From Dehalococcoidia bacterium (GTDB lineage Bacteria > Chloroflexota > Dehalococcoidia > Lucifugimonadales > SHYT01): DNA of 32,000 nucleotides. The stretch spans positions 8,965 through 40,964 of the forward strand of contig SHYA01000008.1 in NCBI GenBank assembly GCA_009693055.1. The letters are read 5' to 3'. A program made the position numbers and the translations under genes. The notes under the pieces were generated by a model, which was not told where the DNA came from, did no database searches, and worked only from the letters and a program-made list of their open reading frames with translations. Positions 25,205 through 32,000 of the stretch are shown here, piece after piece (the stretch's first letter is position 1; each line of letters begins with the position of its first letter).

Positions 25205-28200
25205 TTAGTGGCGTGCTTTGCCGGACGGCTGCGCCGACTTGACGCGCCGCTGAGAGGGCTTGGCGCCGTTGCCGTTGACCGAGATCGTCTCCGCACGCGC
25301 GCCGTTGGCGCCGTTCTGAGAAGAACGTGGTGGCCGCCCCACCTTCCCCTGCGCCGCCAGCAGTGGGCGCAGGTAGTCGCCCGTGGAGGAGCCGGGCGTG
25401 CCAGCCACCTCCTCCGGCGTGCCCATAGCGATGATCTCGCCGCCTCGGTCGCCAGGGCCAGGGCCAAGGTCAATGATCCAGTCCGCGTTCTTGATGACGT
25501 CCAGGTGGTGCTCAATCACCAGCACGGTGTTGCCCGCGTCGGCCAGGCGATGGAGCACGCGGAGCAGCGCCGCCGCGTCCTCAAACGAGAGGCCGGTCGT
25601 CGGCTCGTCCAGGATGTACAGCGTGCGGCCCGTGGCGCGCCGCGACAGCTCGGTGGCGAGCTTCACGCGCTGCGCCTCGCCGCCGGAGAGCGTGGTCGCG
25701 GGCTGGCCGATCCGGATGTACCCCAGGCCCACTTCCTGCATCGTGTCCAGCTTGTTGCGGATCGCAGGGATGTTCTGGAACAGCGGCATCGCCTCGTCCA
25801 CCGTCATGTTCAGCACGTCGGCGATGGACTTGTCGTGGTACTTGACCTCCAGCGCCTCGCGGTCGTAGCGCGCGCCCTTGCACACCTCGCAGGGCACCGT
25901 CACGTCCGGCAGGAACTGCATTTCAATCTGGATGTAGCCGTCGCCCTGGCACGCCTCGCAGCGTCCGCCCTTCACGTTGAACGAGAAACGCCCCGGCCCG
26001 TAGCCGCGCGCCTTGGCGTCCGGCAGCGCCGAGAACAGCTCGCGGATGGGCGTGAACGCGCCCACGTACGTCGCCGGGTTGCTGCGCGGCGTCCTGCCGA
26101 TGGGCGACTGGTCAATGTTGATGACCTTGTCAACGTGCTCCGTGCCGAGCACCGCGTCGTGGTCGCCCGGCCTGTCCTTGGCCTTGTACAGCAGCTGCGC
26201 CAGGCGCTTGTACAGCACGTCGTACACCAGCGTGCTCTTGCCGGAGCCGGACACGCCCGTAACGCACACGAGCATCCCCAGCGGGAATTCCACGGTGAGG
26301 TCCTTGAGGTTGTTGGCCCGCGCCCCTTTGAGCGTGATGTTCGCGCCGCTGCCGGGGCGGCGCTGCTTGGGCAGCGGTATCGTACGGCGTCCCGAGAGAT
26401 ACGCGCCGGTGATGGACGCCTCGTTGTCCATCACCTCCTGCGGCGTGCCGAAGGCCACCAGGTGGCCGCCGTGCTCGCCCGCGCCGGGGCCCATGTCCAC
26501 GATGTAGTCGGCGGCGCGCATCACCGCCTCGTCGTGCTCAACCAGCAGCACCGTGTTCCCCAGGTCGCGGAGATGCTTGAGGGTCTCAATGAGCCGCTGG
26601 TCGTCCGCCGGGTGGAGGCCGATGGTCGGCTCGTCGCAGACGTAGAGCACGCCCATCAGCCCGGAGCCGATCTGCGTCGCCAGCCGGATGCGCTGCGCCT
26701 CGCCGCCCGAGAGCGTGGCGGCCATGCGGTCAACCGTCAGGTAGTCCAGCCCCACGTCCAAGAGGAATTTGAGCCGCGCCTTGATCTCTTTGAGTACCTG
26801 ACCGGCGATGAGCAGGTCGCGCTCGGAGAGCGCGGTGTCCGCCGCAATCTTGGCCGAGTCGCGGTCCTGGATGACGTCGGCCCATGTCAGCGCCTTCTCG
26901 ATGCTCAGGCTGCACACCTGCATGATGTTCCGGCCGCAGACCGTGACCCCCAGCACCTCCGGCTTCAGCCGCAGGCCCTCGCAGCTTGCGCAAGGCCGCT
27001 GCGCCATGTACCGCTCAATCTCCTGGCGGATGTACTCGGACTCCGTGTCCTTGTAGCGGCGCGACAGGTTCGGGATGACCCCTTCAAACGTCGTGTCCCA
27101 GGAGTACTGGCGGCCCTGGTGCGTGTGGTGCCGCATGGTGAACGAGCGGCTCTTGTTGCCGCGCAGGATGAGCTCCATCACGTCGTCCGAGAGCTGCCGT
27201 ACGGGCACGCGCGTGGAGAACCCGTGCGCCTTCGCCAGCGACTCCAGCAGGCTGGCGTACCACGCGCTGGACGAGCCTGAGCGCACCCACGGCTGGATCG
27301 CGCCCTCGGCGAGGGAGAGGTCCTTGTTCGGGATGACGAGGTCGGGGTCCACCTCAAGGCGGAAGCCGAGGCCGGTGCACTCCGCGCAGGCCCCGTGCGG
27401 GCTGTTGAAGCTGAAGCTGCGCGGCTCCAGCTCGCCAAGGCTGATGCCGCAGTACGCGCACGCCGCCTTCTGCGAGAAGATCAGCTCCTGGCCTTGCCCT
27501 GGACCTGCCGAATGGGCAGGCGCCGCGCCATTGCCCGTTCGGCCTGCCTCGGAGCCCCGGTCCTGCGAAAGGTCTGCCGGAGGCTCGGACGCCGCGGCCT
27601 CAACCGTTCGTCCTGCACGCTTACCCGTTCGCCTTGAGCCTGTCGAAGGGCGAGCAGCCGAGGCGTCAGAGCCTGCCTCGCCAGCCACAGACACGCCCAT
27701 GACACCCTCGGCGAGCCTGAGCGCCGTATCCACCGAGTTCGCCACGCGCCCCTGCTCCAGCTCGCCGTTGACCACGAGCCTGTCCACCACGATCTCTACC
27801 GTGTGGCGCTTGTTCTTGTCCAGCGTCACCGTCTCGGAAAGCTCGTGCAGCTTGCCGTCTACCCGAGCCCGCGAGAAGCCCTTCTTCCGCGCCTCCTCCA
27901 GCACGCCTAGGTGCTCGCCCTTCCGGTCGCGGATGACCGGCGCCATGAGCATGATGCGCGTGCCGGGCGGCAGGGCGAAGATGGCGTCCACGATTTGCTG
28001 GGTGGTCTGGCGCTGGACGGGCCTGCCGCACTGCGGGCAGTGCGGCAGGCCGACGCGGGCGTACAGCAGGCGGAGGTGGTCGTACACCTCAGTGATGGTG
28101 CCGACGGTGGAACGGGGGTTGTGGGACGCGCCCTTCTGGTCTATGGAGATGGCCGGAGAGAGGCCCTCAATGTAGTCCACGTCGGGCTTCTCCATGCGGC

Positions 28201-28402
28201 CCAGGAACTGGCGGGCGTAGGCGGAGAGGGACTCCACGTAGCGGCGCTGGCCCTCGGCGTAGATGGTGTCAAAGGCCAGGGAGCTTTTGCCGGAGCCGGA
28301 GACGCCGGTGATGACCACCAGCTTGTTGCGCGGAATGGTGACGTCAACGTTCTTGAGGTTGTGCTCTCGCGCCCCCCGGACGACGATGTTTTCCAGCGGC
28401 AT
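25205..28402 (-). CDS. uvrA: excinuclease ABC subunit A
   Basis: 1065-aa ORF with two ABC ATPase modules ([35 protein letters not shown] twice) and zinc-finger cysteines. It also has a low-complexity insert and a C-terminal tail. Confidence 0.97.
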   Translation of the reverse strand: MPLENIVVRGAREHNLKNVDVTIPRNKLVVITGVSGSGKSSLAFDTIYAEGQRRYVESLSAYARQFLGRMEKPDVDYIEGLSPAISIDQKGASHNPRSTVGTITEVYDHLRLLYARVGLPHCPQCGRPVQRQTTQQIVDAIFALPPGTRIMLMAPVIRDRKGEHLGVLEEARKKGFSRARVDGKLHELSETVTLDKNKRHTVEIVVDRLVVNGELEQGRVANSVDTALRLAEGVMGVSVAGEAGSDASAARPSTGSRRTGKRAGRTVEAAASEPPADLSQDRGSEAGRTGNGAAPAHSAGPGQGQELIFSQKAACAYCGISLGELEPRSFSFNSPHGACAECTGLGFRLEVDPDLVIPNKDLSLAEGAIQPWVRSGSSSAWYASLLESLAKAHGFSTRVPVRQLSDDVMELILRGNKSRSFTMRHHTHQGRQYSWDTTFEGVIPNLSRRYKDTESEYIRQEIERYMAQRPCASCEGLRLKPEVLGVTVCGRNIMQVCSLSIEKALTWADVIQDRDSAKIAADTALSERDLLIAGQVLKEIKARLKFLLDVGLDYLTVDRMAATLSGGEAQRIRLATQIGSGLMGVLYVCDEPTIGLHPADDQRLIETLKHLRDLGNTVLLVEHDEAVMRAADYIVDMGPGAGEHGGHLVAFGTPQEVMDNEASITGAYLSGRRTIPLPKQRRPGSGANITLKGARANNLKDLTVEFPLGMLVCVTGVSGSGKSTLVYDVLYKRLAQLLYKAKDRPGDHDAVLGTEHVDKVINIDQSPIGRTPRSNPATYVGAFTPIRELFSALPDAKARGYGPGRFSFNVKGGRCEACQGDGYIQIEMQFLPDVTVPCEVCKGARYDREALEVKYHDKSIADVLNMTVDEAMPLFQNIPAIRNKLDTMQEVGLGYIRIGQPATTLSGGEAQRVKLATELSRRATGRTLYILDEPTTGLSFEDAAALLRVLHRLADAGNTVLVIEHHLDVIKNADWIIDLGPGPGDRGGEIIAMGTPEEVAGTPGSSTGDYLRPLLAAQGKVGRPPRSSQNGANGARAETISVNGNGAKPSQRRVKSAQPSGKARH

Positions 28403-28448
28403 CAGCCCCTCCGCGCTTCGGTCGTGACGGTGTACAAGGCCTCAAAGT

Positions 28449-28458
28449 ATTGTAGCAC
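28449..28458 (-). promoter_or_regulatory. extended -10 element GTGCTACAAT upstream of uvrA
   Basis: The minus strand reads GTGCTACAAT about 45 nt upstream of the uvrA ATG. Confidence 0.4.
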
Positions 28459-28719
28459 TTGAACGCCTGATTCTCTGCGCTCGGTTCTCTGGATCGGCGG
28501 GCCCTTTGCCTGCCATTCCGCTGGTTCTCGCTTGTCATACCAGTTCTGAGCAGAGGTGGCGGTAATCCCTCGAAAGCGGCCGCAACCCAGCTCGTTTGGG
28601 CGATGTCGATACGGGGCTGGTTTACCTCCTTCATATTCTCGCCGCGTTCGCTCCTGTGCCTCGCTGATACAATAGTCATAATCGCACAGGATCCCTCCTC
28701 ATTGGGGTATTTACGCCAA

Positions 28720-29886
28720 ATGCGCCTCACCCACCTCAGCCTCTACCGCTTTCGCACCTTCCCGGAGCTTGACCTGGACCTGCCGGGCGGGCTGCTGCTG
28801 TTCCACGGCCACAACGGCGCGGGCAAGAGCAACCTGCTGGAGGCTTGCTATCTCCTCGCCATCACCAAGTCCTACCGCGCCGGCAACGAGCGCGAGCTCC
28901 TCAGCTTCGCCGCGCGCACGCAAGAGGAGGTGCCCTTCGTGCGCGTGGCAGGCACGGCCCAGAGCGCCGCCGGTAAGCAGATGCGGGTGGAGGTTGCCCT
29001 CCTCTGGCGCGACACTCCGGGCGCCACCGACGCCTCCGGCGCGCTGAGCAAGCGCATCCGGGTCAACGGCCTGCCGAGCCGCGCTTCTGAGGCGCTGGGC
29101 GCCGTGAGCGCCGTGCTCTTCACCGTCGACGACCTTGAGATCGTCATCGGCCCTCCCGCCGCGCGCCGCCGCTTTCTGGACATCCTCCTTTGCCAGCTTG
29201 AACCCGCGTACCTCCGCGCGCTCCAGCGCTACCAGCAGGTCCTCCTGCAGCGCAACCACCTGCTCCGCATGGTGCGCGACGGCCGCTCCCAGGCCGGCGA
29301 GCTGGAGTTTTGGGACGCCGAGCTCGCCCGGCATGGCGCGACGATCACCGAGCGCCGCGCCGCGCTGCTCCATGAGCTGGCCTCCCTTGCCTCCGAGCTC
29401 TACGCCGAGGTCGCGAGCGGCCAGGAGGCCCTCGGTGTGTCGTACCAGCCGAGCCTCACGTGGAGCCAAGCCGACGCGTCCACCCTGGTCGACGTCATGC
29501 TCAGGAGCCTTGCTGAGGGCCGAAAGCGGGAGGTAGCCGCAGGCCAAACGTTGCTCGGCCCGCACCGCGACGACGTGAAGTTCACCGTAGGAGGGGTGAT
29601 GCTCGCCGCCTACGCCTCGCGGGGGCAGGCTCGCGGCGTGGCGCTGGCCCTCCGCCTCGCCGAGGCCCGCGTCATCGCCCGCGTCCGCGGCGAGGAGCCG
29701 GTCCTGTTGCTGGACGACCTGCTCTCCGAGCTGGATCCCGCCCGGCGGCGCCAGGTCCTCGCAGCGGCGGCCCGCGCCGACCAGGCCATCCTCACCACCG
29801 CCGACCCCGCCCAGTTCGCCGAAGAGCAGCTTGCATCCGCTCCGCGCTTCCTCGTGACGCCGGGCGCCGTCGCCCTGGAGAGGTAG
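28720..29886 (+). CDS. recF: DNA replication and repair protein RecF
   Basis: The internal ATG at 28720 gives MRLTHLSLYRFRTFPELDLDLPGGLLLFHGHNGAGKSNLLEA (388 aa). Also contains LLLDDLLSELD. TGATACAAT lies at 28665-28673 upstream. Confidence 0.9.
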   Translation: MRLTHLSLYRFRTFPELDLDLPGGLLLFHGHNGAGKSNLLEACYLLAITKSYRAGNERELLSFAARTQEEVPFVRVAGTAQSAAGKQMRVEVALLWRDTPGATDASGALSKRIRVNGLPSRASEALGAVSAVLFTVDDLEIVIGPPAARRRFLDILLCQLEPAYLRALQRYQQVLLQRNHLLRMVRDGRSQAGELEFWDAELARHGATITERRAALLHELASLASELYAEVASGQEALGVSYQPSLTWSQADASTLVDVMLRSLAEGRKREVAAGQTLLGPHRDDVKFTVGGVMLAAYASRGQARGVALALRLAEARVIARVRGEEPVLLLDDLLSELDPARRRQVLAAAARADQAILTTADPAQFAEEQLASAPRFLVTPGAVALER

Positions 29887-29970
29887 CGGAGACCGCTTGT
29901 GGTGAGCCTGCCCGCCCTTGAGCAAGCCGGAGCCCTAGCGGTGCGAACGGGGAAGCGAAGGGGGTGTCTG

Positions 29971-30690
29971 CTACCGCCTCGCCGGGGCCTTTTGCGCCTG
30001 GCGGGCACGGGTCAAAAAAAGGCCTTCACCTGCAAAGGCCTCCTTGGCCTGCGTGGGCCGGTAGGCGTCAGGGCGGGCGGTGTTGAAGAAGAAGTGGCCT
30101 GCGCCCTGGAAGACGTGGACCTCGTTGGTGATCTTCGCGTCGTTGAGGGCCTTGCGGACCTCCTCCACCCTGGCGGGCGGGATGCCCTGGTCGTCGGCCC
30201 CGTACGCGCAGTACATCGGCACGCGGATCTTGGCGATCTCCTTCGGGTCCTGCTGTCCGCCGCCGTAGAACGATGCTCCCGCCGCGATGTCGGCGCCGCG
30301 GATGGCGTTGGCGAGCACCAGGCCGCCGCCCATGCAGAAGCCGATCATGAAGATGGGGCCGCCGCGCACTTCGGGCAGGTCCTTGAGGTACTTGATGGCC
30401 AGGTCAACATCCTTGTTGGCGCGGTCCATCTGCATGGCCATGCAGAGCTTGCGCGCCTCCTCAATCTCCATGGACATCTTGCCCTGATACAGGTCAGGGG
30501 CGAGGGCCGCGTAGCCCGCCTCGGCGAACATGCGGCAGATGCGGCGGACGTCGTCGTTGAGGACCTAGACCTCCTGGATTACGATGACGCCCGGACCCGG
30601 CGCGGCCGTCTGCGGCACGGCCAGGAAGCCGGGCGTGGTCTCGCCGTTGATGCGGTAGCGGATGTCCTGGGCGGTCTTGATGGTGGGCAT
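29971..30690 (-). pseudogene. dienelactone hydrolase family protein with an in-frame TAG
   Basis: The ATG at 30690 gives MPTIKTAQDIRYRINGETTPGFLAVPQTAAPGPGVIVIQEV*VLNDDVRRICRMFAEAGY..., with the TAG at 30565-30567. The GFCMGGG nucleophile motif is present. The total span is 720 nt. Confidence 0.75.
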
Positions 30691-30778
30691 GTACGTTCCT
30701 ACTCCACGTTGGCTAGCGAGCGCCAGCCGTTTGTCATGCTGAGCCCCTACGCCCCATCATCAGGTCATAGTGCTGCTT

Positions 30779-31672
30779 CTATTTCACGGTGAAGGCCCGG
30801 AATATGCCGAGGGCGACGTGGGGCTTGCCCTGGTTGGCCGCTGATGGGACGAAGCAGACCAAGGCGTAGTCGCCCTTCACCGCTCCACGGTGGCCCAGCC
30901 CGTCACGTCGGGTGTGATGGCCTGAAAGTCGCCGGTTTCCTCAAACGGTGGAGGACCAGCAGGCGGAGTCGAGCCGGGGGGCGGGCGGAGACGCAGCAAG
31001 GATTTGCTGAATTTGTGCCGCTGGCGCCTTTAGGAGGAGCGGGTCCATCTCATGGATTTCCTTGCCCTTATTTGTGACTGCCCAGGTGTGCTTGCCAACC
31101 TTCAGGTCGCTGGGAATGGTGGTAAAGGCATAATCGTTCAGCTCCACGGTCCCTGCTGCCTTCGGGAGTGTAGGTTGGGTGGCAGCGGCTGTTGTCACGT
31201 TGAAGGGCTTGATCATCCCTTTGGCCACGTGGGGGACGCCCTGCGGGTCCGGGAGGAAGCAGAGCATCACGTACGAACCCTGAGCGAGGCTGAGGCTCAC
31301 CTCGCTTGATTTGCCTGGCGCGGTAGACGCGGGTACCTCCTGGAAGGTGACCGCCGCAAACACCTTGCCCACTGCCGGCCCCTGGAACTGTGCCGCAGCG
31401 GCCTCCTGAAGCGCCTGCTGGAACTGGGCCAACGTCACCCCGTCGTTGAGGCGGACGAACTGCGCGTGGTGGGTCTCTTTGCCCGTGTTGTTGAGCTTGA
31501 CCTGCACCAGCCCCCCCCCGGCAAAGCTCTCCGGCGTGGTGAACGCGTATTCGCTGGCACCGACCGCCACTTGAGGGACCACTGCTTCCTCTTCCCCTCC
31601 ACACGCCGCGACCAGCGCGATGCCTACGAGGCCCAGGGCCAGAATCGCGAGCAGACGCACCGTTTTGGGCAT
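30779..31672 (-). pseudogene. two-domain cupredoxin-like lipoprotein with two compensating frameshifts as read
   Basis: Lipobox LVAAC. Domain 1 is intact (THH...CFLPDPQGVPHVAKGM). Domain 2 runs through three frame segments (31672-~30980, ~30979-~30885, ~30884-30779). The total span is 894 nt, a multiple of 3. Confidence 0.6.
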
Positions 31673-31854
31673 GCGCTCTTCCTCGTCATAAGTCGCTCTT
31701 GCTCGTTTTGCGCAGCAGTTAGACCGTAGGTCAGGTTAGACCGCGCACAAGCATAGGAGCGCGTGACTGGGTTGCCAAGGAGTGTTGCTCGCGGATAAAC
31801 GCGGCGTCTTCTCGTACAATACCAACAGGTATTCTCGACCAGTTTGGGGTCGCC

Positions 31855-32000
31855 ATGCCGGTTTCCCACCGCTCGTCTCCCTTGAGCTTCGCGGTGACCG
31901 CAACGGACGGCGCAGCCCGCGCGGGCACGCTGACGACGCCGCACGGCGCGGTGTCCACGCCCGCGTTCATGCCCGTGGCAACGCAGGGCTCCGTGAAGGC
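31855..32000 (+). CDS. tgt: tRNA-guanine transglycosylase (queuine tRNA-ribosyltransferase), 5' fragment
   Basis: [48 protein letters not shown] matches the Tgt N-terminus and runs off the window. TACAAT lies at 31815-31820. Confidence 0.85.
   Translation, partial: MPVSHRSSPLSFAVTATDGAARAGTLTTPHGAVSTPAFMPVATQGSVK

Noticed and set aside
28459-28472. A LexA/Cheo-like box (TGAACGCCTGATTC) in the uvrA-recF divergent spacer.
   Set aside because: It is only a partial match to CGAACNNNNGTTCG: the second half-site is ATTC and the first base differs. It is a single copy with no second supporting site, so it is not callable without a genome-wide motif model.
28344-28730. A 128-aa minus-strand ORF spanning the uvrA-recF spacer and overlapping the uvrA start.
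   Set aside because: It overlaps the uvrA 5' end out of frame, and its Arg/Pro/Gly-rich sequence has no motif. The internal ATG preceded by GAGAAT has no proper SD.
30565-30567. The in-frame TAG in the dienelactone hydrolase as pyrrolysine or stop-codon reassignment.
   Set aside because: TAG terminates many well-defined genes in the window (speH, speE, polA, rpmH, LLM-2, LLM-3, recF). No pyl genes are visible. A nonsense mutation or base-call error is the simpler explanation.
14678-32000. yhhQ and tgt as a linked queuosine salvage locus.
   Set aside because: They are 16 kb apart, on different strands, and separated by unrelated genes. Their co-occurrence in the window is most likely coincidental.

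Overview
GC-rich bacterial chromosomal window. The codon style and the GTAGGGGC..GCCCCTAC palindromes are reminiscent of Chloroflexota, but that taxon guess is inference only. Most of it is housekeeping: speH-speE, polA, mfd, rpmH-rnpA-yidD-[beta-propeller lipoprotein]-yidC-jag, a GSA-aminomutase-like aminotransferase, yhhQ, uvrA, recF and the 5' end of tgt. The accessory-looking parts are: (1) two tandem beta-lactamase-fold serine hydrolase paralogs facing three tandem luciferase-like monooxygenase (LLM) paralogs and a 100-aa orphan protein; (2) an envelope cassette made of a DUF5666-like repeat lipoprotein plus a LiaF-like membrane protein; (3) a two-domain cupredoxin-like lipoprotein; (4) a dienelactone hydrolase. 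No rRNA, tRNA, CRISPR array, transposase or integrase was seen. Points worth a second look: the LLM/hydrolase arrays as a candidate oxygenate-then-hydrolyse module; an 8-bladed propeller lipoprotein translationally coupled inside the otherwise highly conserved rnpA-yidD-yidC string; a free-standing 17-codon ORF with a very strong Shine-Dalgarno, a promoter-like site and a terminator; several families of REP/MITE-like palindromes, including a nested insertion and one copy lying inside the yhhQ coding region; a probably leaderless rpmH; and reading-frame lesions in four genes, all between 23 and 31.7 kb (one at a C8/G8 tract), which may be contingency loci, gene decay or assembly indels. All calls come from reading the sequence and ORF translations. 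No database search was possible.
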